DNA from: Octopus sinensis
Taxonomy: Eukaryota
Assembly: GCF_006345805.1 (NCBI RefSeq)
Contig: NC_042998.1
Coordinates: 174,468,001-174,532,000, forward strand
Direction of reading: 5' to 3'
Length of the DNA: 64,000 nt
Shown: positions 39,730 to 53,208 of the stretch, piece after piece
Layout: each line of letters begins with the position of its first letter
How positions within the stretch are numbered: the first letter of the stretch is position 1
The notes under the pieces: model-generated
The model's input: the letters and a program-made list of their open reading frames with translations, nothing else
Database searches by the model: none
Told to the model about the DNA's origin: nothing
Translations under genes and position numbers: made by a program

Positions 39730-40530
39730 TGTTGAAGTGTGTATGCGGCTGGAACAAAGCAGCTTTCTTCATTATTTACGAAACAGCACAGGAAAGTTAA
39801 TAAAGGTAGTGAGTAAAGAACAAGTAATCAAAACTTGAGAAAGTGGAAAGGACAAAAATGAAATTCAAAGAGAACATGCCGAACAGAATGAAGAGAAACC
39901 TTGTGTGGTCAGTCTTGGAATACGTGTAGGGGAAGATGTCATCAAAATGTGAGGATGTGGAATTTGGGATGAAGAAATGGCACACATTGTTGCAAAATGC
40001 CCCGAGATGACCCAAGAAAAATATAAGAAATGGAGACCAGATCAAGTTGGGAGGTTTACACTGGAAGCTTTGTCATACATGGGGTTTTGAAGCAAGAACT
40101 ATATAGTACTATCATCGGGTAGAACGAGTACTTGAGTCGGAAACTTGCAAGATTTTATGGGATTTTCTCATTTAAACGAATAAGTTAAAAGATAATAAGC
40201 TAGTAACAGACAAAGAAAATGGAATTTGCATACTAACTGATCCATCATGTCCGACCGATATTAGGGTTAAAAATGCAGGTGAAAAGTTAAGCTACAACTC
40301 TTAAAATTTGAGATTGCAAGGATTTGGAACACTAAATCTGTAAAGACTGGGCATCAGATAATTGGTGCATTAGGGACCGTGAGTAGTGAAATAAATAAAT
40401 GAATAAAGGAGATAGAAATGGATTGTTCTGTAGAGTTTCTAAAGGTGTGTCGCTTAGAAACGGAAATTCAATGTTGATCATTTGGAGGCTTGTTGAAATC
40501 ATGTGGACAACTAAGATTACAGATAACTTT
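39730..40530 (+). mobile_element. Second decayed R4/Dong-like fragment (CCHC finger + REL)
   Basis: HIVAKCPEMTQEKYKKWR.DQV...HWKLC, ILWDF across frameshifts. Confidence 0.7.
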
Positions 40531-40544
40531 TCCTTTTCCTTTCA

Positions 40545-41600
40545 CCAGGAACCATTCTGGTGGATTTCCAAAGCGGTTTTCCTCGCTACACGAGTTTTCA
40601 CAGTCGGAAAAATCTGTGTCAAGTTGGAGAGGCATGCCTGCACAGTCACGCATCTTTAAGCCGGTAGTCCAGTCGACTGGTATGAGTGAAACTTCTCTCG
40701 GTTCCGATGGAGCAGGTGATGTTTTTTCTGCTTTTCTCAGGTGCGGTACTACTGCGCGTTCTGTTGACGCTGTTGGTGTTTTGGATGTTGTTGCTCTTGG
40801 TACTGATGCTGTTGGTGTTGTTGGTGGTGCAGCTGCTGTTACTTTTGACGCTGCTGTTGTTGTAGTGTTAGATGTCTGCAGTAACGGGGGTTTCCCCTTT
40901 CTTTAGATAGCACAGAAAACCTTTAAATGATTTGTTTCGTCGCAAATGTGGCGTCTCGACTTGTTATCTTATCCGTTTAAATAGGAAAATCCCTTAATTT
41001 CTTGGTTCCTTCCGGCTTTCTGTCTATAAATAAATGTGTTCTATTAGGGAGGTTGATCAGATCAGGGATTGCTTCGATACTACGTAGGTCAGCGTGCATA
41101 CAAAATTCCGTACCCGTGCCTGACCAACTCGTCCTTCCCGTTTTGTGGACTTGCATGATTTTTATTTTATTCCCTGCGCTGTATAATAACGGCTGCACCA
41201 GCAAATAGATGTCTACTTCTGGTGACACTTCCTCTACTTTTATTTTGACCACTCTTCGACCAAGGTATATCGAAATTAGCCATAATTCTTCACTTTTTAG
41301 GCTTGTCGCACTTTCTTTGGCTAATCCTTCAGTTGCGAATCTTACCTCAACTGTGCCAAAGAGTATTTAAACCCCAGACCAGTTTCAGGAACTTTTCGAT
41401 CTGAGCCAGCGTCGCTCGTCAGTGAGTGAGATATACAGGTGATGTCCACCGTATCAAAATAGTTACTGAGTCTATGACACTGATTTGACCCTCGGAGGAC
41501 GAGGGGTCTTTTGTTTTCTTCCTGTTGCCGTTAATGTTGTGTAACCGACTCGAACGCCTGATCAATTTAAGCATAATGTTCCAACTGCCTGCCATATCCA
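40545..41600 (-). pseudogene. Tx1/L1-like ORF1 remnant (RRM-like region, decayed zinc knuckle, Thr/Pro-rich tail)
   Basis: TVEVRFATE...YLGRRVVKIKVEEVSPEV; (R)HICDETNHLKVFC near 40910-40953, similar to the 6485-6529 knuckle; G[LM]PL...N[GS]CSE shared with the ~5990 region. Confidence 0.7.
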
Positions 41601-41657
41601 TTTATTTACCTATATCTATATAAAGTACTAAAAGACGCAAACACACACAAATATACA

Positions 41658-41691
<34 letters not shown>

Positions 41692-42311
41692 CATATGTAT
41701 GTATGTGTGTGTATGTGTGTACAAACACACGTGCGCGCACACAACTAGAACACACATACTTCTTTGCGCATGTATATATGTTACATATATATCCTAGATA
41801 TGATAGAAAAGAAGGAAAAGTTAAGTATAAGAGAAGGAAAGCGAGAAGAGAGAAAGAGAAAAATATTAAGCAGATATACTGACTAGAGAAATATGAACGA
41901 AATAGTAAAAGCAAAAAGTTCAAAATAGCAACAACAATAACAAGCAAAAGATAATAAAATAATGCAACAATGAACAAACTACTAAATAATATGTAAGCAA
42001 AAACAAAGGCAAGACATAATCCTCGCAAACATATTAAGCAAACACTGAAACCAGACAACATAAAACGTTGAATACATATATAGGAAGACTGACACAAAAT
42101 CTAATGTTACTTTGCGCCTATATTTCACTGGAAGCTCTCTTTATCTTTATCCAACTATCCATCTATCTACCTTTTTTCTAATACTTTTCTTTCTGACTCA
42201 GTGTCTGCAGTAATTTACCACTGTTATTCTGAACAAGCTATACTGTTTTGAAGTACCATATCTCGCTGTATGTGAAGCAGTTTCTTGTATTTGATATCGA
42301 CAAGCAGTCAA

Positions 42312-42718
42312 TAAATCAGGTTTGGATTTCAAACTCTTGACAAAGACTGAAAACGATGTCTACTACGTTTTTGCTTTCCTTATTTTCTTAAAACAAAATC
42401 ACGACAGGGGAAGACATTTCATTCTGTCCGTACCGATATGTAATTTAACACGTTCTCTTGCCAAGGCTACGTGAGTATTGATATATATGCATATGATGAT
42501 ACGTTTATATACATATACAATCATTCATATTAACGTATCTAAGTATACGCGTATATATGAACATACACGTTGCCTTGGCAAGAGAACGTGTTAAATTGCA
42601 CATCAGTGCGGACGGAATGAATGTCTTCTCTTGTGATTTTCTCCTAAGAAAATAAATAAAGCAAGTATGTAGACATCATTTTCAGTGTTTATCAAGAGTT
42701 TGAAAAGTAAAACTGATT
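42312..42718. mobile_element. MITE-like element with diverged ~160-bp terminal inverted repeats
   Basis: TTTCAAACTCTTGA...TTAACACGTTCTCTTGCCAAGGC mirrored by GCCTTGGCAAGAGAACGTGTTAA...TCAAGAGTTTGAAA. Confidence 0.7.
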
Positions 42719-42883
42719 GCTACATGTAGCTATATGTATTTATACAAGCCATAATAACTTCACACATTCATACACATGCACTCGCACGCGCGCGCATGTG
42801 TGTGAGTGTGTGTGTGTGTGTGTGTGTGAGTGTGAATTTTGTTTGTTCTTTTGCCGTGCTTCTGTTCAAACTTTGAAACGTAT

Positions 42884-42932
<49 letters not shown>

Positions 42933-42947
42933 TATTTATGTATACAT

Positions 42948-43316
42948 GTGAGGCGCAATGGTCCATTGGTTAGGACAGCGGATCGCGGTCGTAGGATCGC
43001 GATTTCGATTCCTAGACTGAGCGTTGTGAGTATTTAATGAGCGAAAACACCTAAAGCTCCACGAGGCTCCGGCAGGAGTGGGAGTGGCGAACCCTGCTGT
43101 ACTCTTTCACTACAACTTTCTCTCACCCCTTCTTCCTGTTTCTGTTGTAGCTGTATTTCAAAAGGCCAGCCTTGTCATACTCTGTGTTACGCTGAATCTA
43201 CGTTAAGGGTACACGTGACTGTGGAGTGCTCAGCCACTTGCACGTTAATTTCATGAGCAGGCTGTTCCGTTGATCGAATCAACTGGAACCCACGTCGTCG
43301 CAACCGACGGAGTGCC
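42948..43316 (+). mobile_element. SINE group 2 copy (same tail type as 17984)
   Basis: Collinear with 17984-18360. Confidence 0.88.
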
Positions 43317-43342
43317 ATAATATGTATATATGTATATATGTA

Positions 43343-43572
43343 GGCGGCGAACTGGCAGAAACGTCAGCACGCCGGGCGAAATGCGTAGCCGTATTTCGTC
43401 TGCCGTTACGTTCTGAGTTCAAATTCCGCCGAGGTCGACTTTGCCTTTCATTCTTTCGGGGTCCATAAATTAAGTACCAGTTACGCACTGGGGTCGATGT
43501 AATCGACTTAATCCGTTTGTCTGTCCTTGTCTGTCCCCTCTATGTTTAGCCCCTTGTGGGTAATAAAAAAAA
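43343..43572 (+). mobile_element. SINE group 3 copy
   Basis: Reverse complement of 15028-15259. Confidence 0.88.
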
Positions 43573-44459
43573 CAGATATGTATATGTATATAAATATACG
43601 TTTATGTGTGTGTACATATATATAACACCATCTAAGTTAACCCTCTTCACCTTTACAGCTGACATGAAAAGCTACGCAAAAAAAAAGAGAAAAAATTGAT
43701 TGCTATTAAAACGCGTAAAATTTTGGGGTTAATAATCTTAATCTTTAGTTACAGTTTCTCATTCAAACTGCATAATAGGCAAACTTGTCGGATTAAGACA
43801 GTAGGGTGTTTTGAGGGAGATTTGATTGCTATTTCTAACAGGTCAAGCTACCATGTAGAGGTCTCCTTCATTGGCTCATACATACTTATTATATACATAA
43901 AATCGAAATAAAATACTGAAAGTAACAGTCGTCAAATACAAAAGCCAAGGTCCATGCAGTGTCATGGGCCTAAAATATTTCCAACTTCTTACCTAATGCG
44001 AACTCAGAACAATCTCTTATATCTTACACTATTTTAGTATTATTTCGTCTCTATTGTAATGTGAGATAATACTTTCAGTTTCAAAGAAGCCTGTCCTATA
44101 TATATATATATATTCCTTATTCATTCCAAAACCGAGTTACAGATTTTGACGCATGGAGTATCAAAAGATTCAGTACTATTTCTGCTACAAATTAAACTTA
44201 ATTTCCATTCACATATTTGCATTTAACTACCGTAAAGATGTTATACAATGATGTCACATTTTCTATGTGTATGTACCTTAAAAGACATCAGTCATCACGA
44301 CACACACCTTCACTCACTCACTCTATCTCTCTTTTTCACTCTCTTTCTCTCTCACACACATTCGCGCACGCACACACACGTCCATTTCATATAGACGTAC
44401 ATACATCTTTCACTTTCTTTCTCTGTTCTTTTCGCTTTCTCTTCTTTCAGTTTCTGCTC

Positions 44460-45462
44460 TCTTGAAATAATTTTTTACGGAATGAGCAGGAGAAATACAG
44501 AAAAGACGTAATCTCTCCAGAAACAAGAATAAAGCAAGGAAGATTGTAGAAAACCGAAGGCAAGAGTCTGAAGAGAGATGAGAGTTTTTCAAGATCAGCA
44601 AATGCATTTTGCAGCACTTAATGCTGGATCATTAAATTAATGTTTTAATGCCTAGACAGAGGCCCAGTAGAATATCTCTCAGAAACAGACTACGCACAAA
44701 TTCATTCTTCACAACTCCTGAAGCTGTTTTGAGATATGATCCATCCCATTCTTATAAAAATGATAACTCTGTCCAAATTGGTGTGCTAAACACAAATTGT
44801 CGTTTATGTAGGGCTTTAAAATTTTCAAATGAAACAAATGGTATGTGCTGCTCAGGCGGTCAGGTAACATTGCCAGCACTATCCGCTCCTTCTCAACCTT
44901 TTATGAATCTTCTAGAAGGCATTTCCATCCACTCAAAGGATTTTCTGAACAATATCAGACAATACAACTCTGCATTTCAAATGACATCGTTTGGTGCATC
45001 TAAGAAGATAAACATGAATTTACGCCGACGTCAGAGTTCAAGGCCAAGTCTATCACCTCACTGGTTCCCTGTTACCCAAAATGAACAACCACAGTTCCTC
45101 CAAATTTACTTTATGAGTGATGTAGGACAACAAACCCGACGGAAATGTCAAAATTTCAGATGATGGGTTGTGTTAGACACAGCACCGACTGCTGTAAAGG
45201 AGAGTGTATCCACTGACAGCTTTTCGGTGCGTTCAAAAATCACATAACCCCCCACCCCAAATTTTCCATGACAGGTTAGGGCCTGAAATACTCCAAACGG
45301 ACGCATAGCGTGTTGCTTAGTCGAATTAACCCAGCATTTACACCACAAATGTTTGGTTGTCAATGCTGCACTTTCCCATATCACCTGTTTCAACATAACT
45401 GTAATATATTATATACAAACTACGCCATTTTAATCCCGAGCAATGCCGGGTATCTCTGCTAG
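44460..45462 (+). mobile_element. Internally deleted Helitron: RepHel N-terminal fragment + canonical 3' terminus (5' end uncertain)
   Basis: ORF 44648-45163 CRLCRALKF..E..GMCC.GGQV.LP...FLNNIRQYNSAFQMTSFGA is the conserved Helitron N-terminal motif; 3' hairpin CCCGAGCAATGCCGGG then CTAG|T at 45459-45462. Confidence 0.88.
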
Positions 45463-45468
45463 TATATA

Positions 45469-45507
<39 letters not shown>

Positions 45508-45799
45508 ATATGTATATATACATAAACATTATGTATGTGTGTGTGCGTGTCTGTGTTGGTACATTGGTACCATATATGCATATATATACACACTCGTTAT
45601 GTGTATGTCTATAAGACATACACATAACGAGTGTGAATATGTGTATATAAATCCTGTATTCTGCTGGGGAAAACGGCGGCCGAATCAGCGACAACATGCT
45701 TCAAACAGCTTACAAGGACGTCGCAATGAGCAAAACACATGCCCGGACAACACCACTGACCAAACATGAATAAATAGAGAAAATAATCTTATTCAAAAA

Positions 45800-46724
45800 T
45801 ACAGACCACAACTCAACATACTGTAATACACCCCCAAGTACACATCCAAAGCAAACACACGCAGAAACACATACAGATATACAAAATCACACACACACAC
45901 AAAAACAATGCAAACTTCCGACGCAAACGCACACACATACTATACACACACGCACAAACACAATATCCCCACACTAGAGCACAAACCCACACACATTCCA
46001 AGAAAAAACACACATATATATATATACACTTGCAATATAATTCCAGCAACCATAACCAACACTCACACACACATATACACATATGTAAACACGGACATGC
46101 ACACACCTACACACACCACCCCGGCAATTACAAATCACATTCACACAAACACACCCACACATACACAGATACACACACACAAACACGTAACTACAACACA
46201 ACCCACACAAACACACACGCATATATGCACACATGTACACACACACACAATACGCCCGTACCCTAGTAATAAAATCACACACACACACACATATACTCAC
46301 AATACAATCCCAACAACCACAACAAACACTCACAAACACATATACACGCAAGCATTCACACACACAATGACACACACACCTTCCCGACAAATACAAGACA
46401 CATAGACACACTCACACAAACACACCCACACGTATATACACGCACTGCACTAACAATACAAACAAAACAAATCACTCGCAAATGCATCACACACACACAC
46501 ACACACACACACATGTGCACACACATACCCGGAACCTACATAAACCATAGCCACATATATGCACACACACAAACGCATACTCAGTACCAACATACACAAA
46601 ATGCACATGCACACACATACACACCAGCCAGATAAACGCAACACACACGGACACACACTGAACCCCTTATAAATACAACACACTTATACACACATACACA
46701 TCCATACATACCTACACACATACA

Positions 46725-46755
<31 letters not shown>

Positions 46756-47400
46756 GCACCCTCACACTCACATACGGTTGCCCACACACACACCATAAGG
46801 ACAATTAAAACACAAACATACTTAGACAGGCACAACACACACACTCACGTACACACACATAACATCCCTACCAACACAAAACATACAAACATACACGCGC
46901 GCGCGCATAGACGCACACATACACATACGCGAACAAGCACATGTACACACATGCGCACACACTACACCCTGACAAATACCAATCACACACAACACCAGGA
47001 CAATCATAACAACATAAACATACTCAGACAGAGACACACACACACTCATGTACACACACTCACGTACACACACATAACATCCCCACCGACACAAAAACCG
47101 CACAAGCATACACACGCACCCACAGACGCACACGTACACACACGCGAACAAACACATACACACACACATACGCACACACAACACCCTAACAAATATTAAT
47201 CACACACATAGACACACACAAACGTGCACACATATACGCACACCATCCTACCAAATATAAAACACACACAGACACATTTACACACTCCACAATGAATCTG
47301 GGACCAATCAAAAACGGCCCACAAACACAAACAGATGTATACACACACACATAGAGACGTACACAGAGACACACACCATTCTGACCTCTAAGACCAGTCC
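45800..47400. repeat. Degenerate (CA)-rich low-complexity tract
   Basis: Directly visible; produces the HT/CV-rich spurious ORFs. Confidence 0.9.
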
Positions 47401-48229
47401 TATAAACCACTGAACCATGACAGACTAGCCCAGAAACAAAATAATCCTTTCAATTCCACATTTCTCTTCTTTCCCCCCACCCCAACCAACCTCCCACACT
47501 GTCCCTTAAAATAGCAAACAACCCTTAGCTTCACACAAAATTAAAAAATGCTAAAACAGGTTGGTTCATTTCAAATTCTTTGAAAACTCCTAAATATATC
47601 TCCTTCTGTGTGTATATATATATATATACTACCAAACAAACGTGATTTTTATTGAACTCCTGTGTATGTATATAGATACTTCCGAACAAACAGGATTTTT
47701 ATTGAATTCCAAATATTTTTTGTTTAATATTTTCTCAGATATTTCCTTGTAAACTGTTTTTAACATTTTCTTATTATTATCAAAGACTGTATATATATGT
47801 ATTTTAATACTTTTGTGACAACCAGTACTTAACAAAACAAAGCTTATACAAAGCTTTATATTTTACTTTTGACAATCTTTTTCTAAAAAAGTGAAACCGG
47901 TCAAGTGATTAAACATCTTTAAAATTGCATTTTCAAACCTTCTTTCACTCCCCTTCTCTCTCACTCTCTCCCCCTCTCCCTCTATCCTCCTTCCTTCTCT
48001 CCCCTCCTCTTCTCCTCTCCTTCCTTCTCCCCCTTCCCCTCCTCTTCTCCCCCTCTTCTCCTCTCCTTCCTTCTCCCCTTTCTTTCTCCCCCTCACCCTC
48101 CCCTCCCCTCTCCCCCCTCTTCCCTCATCTCCTCTCTCTACACTACACCATACGACTTTACACATCACATCATATATACATGCACACATCCAGACCTCTC
48201 ATACGCACTAATACTCTCTCATACACACA

Positions 48230-48596
48230 CACACACTCTTCTCATACACACACACACACTCTTATGTTGGAGCGAGGTCATTCAACCTTATTATCTCCCC
48301 TAATTTCGCTCTTGCGTCACACGTTTGATCTTTGACCTCTGGCCGAAATCAGATCGCCATGTTGATTCGCTAGCCTCTGCACGCATATTTTTTTTCTCTC
48401 CTTCTTTCTGTGTTTTTTTTCTCTGTGTATCTTTCTGTTGAAGAGCGTAGGCTCGAAACGTTAAAGACTTGTTTTATTTATATTTCCTGATCGCCATACT
48501 AATACAATTGTTTGTTTGTATTCCACCTGCCTTCGTCTTTTGTTTATTTCCGTAAACCTGCCTTCGTCTTTTGTCTATTTTCATAAAGCTTCCCGT

Positions 48597-48600
<4 letters not shown>
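48230..48600 (+). mobile_element. Penelope-type terminal-repeat fragment with minimal HHR-like motif (48430-48467)
   Basis: TCTTT-CTGTTGA-A-GAGC gtag GCTC-GAAA-CG-TT-AAAGA (A6U); related to 50880-51075 and 60330-60560; ends in (TA)n. Confidence 0.65.
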
Positions 48601-48657
<57 letters not shown>

Positions 48658-48899
48658 TGCATGAATACATATGTGTATATATATATATATATATATATTT
48701 GTATGTATGTATATGTATGTATATATATATATATATATATATTTGTGTGTATATATAGATATATATGCATATATATCTATGTATACATGTGTATATACAT
48801 AGATAGATATGCATATATCTATGTGTATATCTATAGATATATTTGGACATATATATGTATGTATTTATATATCTATATTCATATAGATATATAAATACA

Positions 48900-49062
48900 G
48901 GCGTAGGAGTGACTGTGTGGTAAGTAGCTTGCTTACCAACCACATGGTTCCGGGTTCAGTCCCACTGCGTGGCACTTTGAGCAGTTGTCTTCTACTATAG
49001 CCTCGAGCCGACCAAAGCCTTGTGAGTGGATTTGGCAGAGGGAAACTGAAAGGAACACGTCG

Positions 49063-49134
<72 letters not shown>

Positions 49135-49342
49135 TTTGTGTGTTTGTTTGTCCTCCCAATATCACTTGACAACCGATGCTGGAGTGTTTACGTCCCCGTA
49201 ACTTAGCGGTTCGACAAAAGAGACCGATAGAATAATTACTAGGCTTACAAAGAATAAGCCCTGGGGTCGATTTGCTCGACTAAAGACGGTGCTCCAGTGT
49301 GGACACAATCAAATGACTGAAACAAGTAAAAGAGAGTAAAGA
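48900..49342 (+). mobile_element. SINE group 1 copy
   Basis: Homology to 7621-8035. Confidence 0.88.
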
Positions 49343-49369
49343 GTATAAGTATACATATATATACGTACA

Positions 49370-49400
<31 letters not shown>

Positions 49401-49467
49401 GTACATATATATATATATATATATACATGTATATGTACATATATATATATATATATATATATGTATA

Positions 49468-49508
<41 letters not shown>

Positions 49509-49520
49509 ATGTACATATAT

Positions 49521-49554
<34 letters not shown>

Positions 49555-50017
49555 ATATATATATATATATACCTATATGAATATACATATGTAAATACAA
49601 ACATATATTATGAACAAATATATCTACAGATATACACACACAGATAAGATGTGTGTGTGTGTGTATGCATTTATACTTATATGCATATACATATATAAGA
49701 GAGTATTATAGTTCGCTTAAAACATTGCGTATTGTTTGTAAAGACTGAAAAGTTTTGAATGGTACAACAATGCACTATAATACAGACAATGGACTATATA
49801 CCTGTTGTAATTGACTTATCCATAGTCTGATGACATTTAGGAATAAAATTCCTACTTCAGTTACAACAGGTATATCGTCCATTGTTTGTATTATAGTGCA
49901 TTGTTGTGCCATTCAAAACTTTTTATTCTTTATACATATATATATATATACAAACATATATATGTACAAATATATTAATAGATACACACATATATATGTA
50001 CAAATATATTAATAGAT

Positions 50018-50052
<35 letters not shown>

Positions 50053-50055
<3 letters not shown>

Positions 50056-50082
50056 GATAAATATTCTTGCTACCCTAAGACT

Positions 50083-50125
<43 letters not shown>

Positions 50126-50830
50126 ATAATATATATAATATATATATAATATATATATATATTATATATATATATATATAATATATATATAATTAAAGTC
50201 TTAGGGTAGCAAGAATATTTATCGAAAAAATTCTTAGCTACCAGTGGTCTAGCGAGAAGGAAAGAAAATTAGTCAATAGACTATACATTATTCAGAGAAG
50301 AATACAGTGTACATTCAAACACAAAAGAGATACCCAAAGAATAGGATATGTGACTCACTAGAAAGAGCAGTTAAACTCCAAGCCCCTAATTGTTGTAATT
50401 CCGAAAGTGATTGAAAAATATAAACTTTTACCTTATTATCCTAGACCCTGCAAGGTTTCTGCAGGCTTAAATACAGATTGAAATAAAATAATTTCAATCT
50501 ATATCTGGCGCTGCTTCTTCAGTAGGTTGCCAGGACCGAACACATAGATACGGAGCGATAAACAGCCACGTGTCTAAATGCTCTAATTTTTCAAATCCAC
50601 CGAGCAAATGCGGAAACTCACCGGCAGTAAATAAATAAATCGCCGATTTTCTTCCAAAATTAGCCAAATACATTTTATCATTAATTAAAATCTTAGGGGA
50701 GCAAGAATATTTATCGAAAAATACTGTATTCTTCTCTGAATAATGTATAGTCTATTGACTAAATTTTTTCCTTCTCGCTAGACCACTGGTAGCTGAGAAT
50801 TTTTTCGATAAATATTCTTGCTACCCTAAG
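50053..50830 (-). mobile_element. ORF-less Penelope/retrozyme-like element: 109-bp 5' inverted segment + partial repeat + 492-nt unit with HHR + (TA)n + extra fold-back
   Basis: TTAGGG.AGCAAGAATATTTATCGAAAAA repeats at 50201 and 50693 (period 492); 50722-50830 mirrors 50200-50308; 50053-50087 mirrors 50191-50226. Confidence 0.8.
50440..50526 (-). ncRNA. Type I hammerhead ribozyme with extended (~20 bp) helix II
   Basis: CCTA-CTGAAGA-A.GCAG cgcc AGATATAGATTGAAAT tatttt ATTTCAATCTGTATTT aagc CTGC.A-GAAA-CCTTGCAGG-GTC-TAGG; predicted cut between 50444 and 50443. Confidence 0.82.
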
Positions 50831-50879
50831 CTGGGACCCTCGTCGTCGTAACCGACGGAGTGTTCCTTTAATATATACA

Positions 50880-51068
50880 TATTGATAGAGCGCTAGCCAC
50901 TACACATCTTTGTTTTCTCACCTTGCTTCTTTCTGTGTTCCATCCTATAGAAGAGCGTAAGCTCGAAATGTTAAAGTCTTTTTCACTTCCCGACTGTTAT
51001 ACTAATACATCTGTTTGTTGTCTACACCACCTGTCTTCGTCTTTTGTGGTTGTATTTTTGTGAATTCT

Positions 51069-51075
<7 letters not shown>
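50880..51075 (+). mobile_element. Penelope-type terminal-repeat fragment, HHR core decayed
   Basis: CTATAGA-A-GAGC gtaa GCTC-GAAA-TGTT-AAAG; homologous to 48430 and 60385. Confidence 0.55.
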
Positions 51076-51113
<38 letters not shown>

Positions 51114-51139
51114 CACACACACACACACACACAATCAAT

Positions 51140-51330
51140 CTAAACATGAACTAGCAAGAAAAAGCAACAACGCGAGGACGTGGAATAAGTACAATGTTAT
51201 TTGGAGGCTCATGAAATGAAAGAAAGAAAGAGGATTTCACATTTCGAGCGGAGATCTTCATCAGAAATATAGAAAAGTTCAAAGAAGGGAAAACGGAGAA
51301 AGAAAATCGCCAACGATACACATGCGGTCA
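51140..51330 (-). mobile_element. Penelope-type terminal-repeat fragment with CUGAUGA core (51233-51269), helices II/III mutated
   Basis: ATTT-CTGATGA-A-GATC tcc GCTC-GAAA-TGTG-AAAT; homologous to 1780-1985. Confidence 0.55.
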
Positions 51331-52235
51331 CATATTGAAATGACCGGAAGGGAATGGGTGAAGAAAACGTTCTTTCAAAGTCAGGAGAGTGCAAGAAAAG
51401 GAGGTATGTGTGTGCATGTGTGGGTATGTGCGTACGCGCAGGTCTGTGTGAGTGTGTGTAATGATGGAACGTGTATGTGCGTGTGTGTGTGTGTGTGTAT
51501 GTGTGTGCGGTTGTGGCTGTTTAAGTATGTTTGTGGTTGGACTTAGTATCGTTTAAGGTCATAGGAAGAATTTATAGTAAGAATGTTGGTAGGAGTCGCT
51601 GTCTGTTGTGTGTCTACCTACACATGTGCATAGGAGAATGGTCAGTAGAAAGGTATTGGTAGTTTGAAGTATGTGTGTGTGCGTGTATGTATATGTAGTG
51701 TGTGTGTGCGTTTTGTTTGCAGTGTGTCTATGTATGTGTGTGTACGTGTGGGTATGTGTGTACACGTGAGGTTGTGTCTGTGGAGTAACTACGTTACTCT
51801 GTGCGTGTGTGTGTGTGTACATGTATGTATAATTGTGTGCGTGTAAGTGTGCATGTGTATGTGTATGCGTATGTGCGTATGCGGATGTGTATACGTGTAT
51901 GCGTGGGGTTGTGAGTGTTAGGTATAGGTGCATTCGTGTGCTTGTGTGGGTGCGTATGTGTATGTGCGTCTATATGTGTATGCGTACGTGTATGTGTGTG
52001 AGTGTATGTATATATTGTGGGTGTATGTATATGTATGCGTGTGTATGCGTATGTGCGTGGGTTGTGTGGGGGTTTGTGTAGGCGTATATGCACGTTCATG
52101 TGTGCATGTGCTTACGTACGTGTGTGTGCGTGTATGTGCGTGTGTGCTTATGCCCATTTGTGTGTAATTTTGTGCGTGTCTGTATGAGTGTGTCTTGTGT
52201 GTGTTGGAAGTATATCTGCGTGTGTGTGTGTGTGT

Positions 52236-52555
52236 GCATGTGTGTATGTGAGTGCGTGTGTATATGTGTGTGAACGTGGAGATGTGTGTCGAGTTATATA
52301 TATGTGTGTGTGTGTGTGTGTGCATGTGTGTATGTGAGTGCGTGTGTATATGTGTGTGAACGTGGAGATGTGTGTCGAGTTATATATATGTGTGTGTGTG
52401 TGTGTGTGGTGGCATGTGTGTATGTGAGTGCGTGTGTATATGTGTGTGAACGTGGAGAGTGTGTGTCGAGTTATATATATGTGTGTGTGTGGGTGTGGCA
52501 TGTGTGTATGTGATGCGTGTGTATATGTGTGTGAACGTGGAGATGTGTGTCGAGT

Positions 52556-52587
<32 letters not shown>

Positions 52588-53165
52588 CATGTGTGTATGT
52601 GAGTGCGTGTGTTTTTGGTGTGTGAACGTGGAGATGTGTGTCGAGTTATATATATGTGTGTGGGGGTGTGTGGGTGCGTGTGGTATGTGAGTGCGTGTGT
52701 ATATGTGTGAACGTGGAGATGTGTGTCGAGTTAATATATATGTGTGTGTGTGTGTGTGTGTGCATGTGTGTATGTGAGTGCGTGTGTATATGTGTGTGAA
52801 CGTGGAGATGTGTGTCGAGTTATATATATGTGTGTGTGTGTGTGTGTGTGCATGTGTGTATGTGAGTGCGTGTGTATATGTGTGTGAACGTGGAGATGTG
52901 TGTCGAGTTATATATGTGTGTGTGTGTGTGCATGTGTGTATGTGAGTGCGTGTGTATATGTGTGTGAACGTGGAGATGTGTGTCGAGTTATATATATGTG
53001 TGTGTGTGTGTGTGTGTGCATGTGTGTATGTGAGTGCGTGTGTATATGTGTGTGAACGTGGAGATGTGTGTCGAGTATATATATGTGTGTGTGTTGTGTG
53101 TGTGTGTGCATGTGTGTAGTGAGTGCGGTGTGTATATGTGTGTGAACGTGGAGATGTGGTCGAGT

Positions 53166-53205
<40 letters not shown>
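52236..53205. repeat. Minisatellite, ~80-90-bp unit, ~11 copies
   Basis: Unit GCATGTGTGTATGTGAGTGCGTGTGTATATGTGTGTGAACGTGGAGATGTGTGTCGAGTTATATA(TG)n. Confidence 0.92.

Positions 53206-53208
<3 letters not shown>

Noticed and set aside
40490-40906. 138-aa plus-strand ORF with a hydrophobic tail as a host exon
   Set aside because: Antisense to the Thr/Pro-rich tail of a Tx1/L1 ORF1 remnant, with its start overlapping an R4-like 3' end.
52236-53205. CRISPR-like array (constant block + variable spacer)
   Set aside because: The variable part is only (TG)n length variation; eukaryotic minisatellite with no unique spacers or cas genes.
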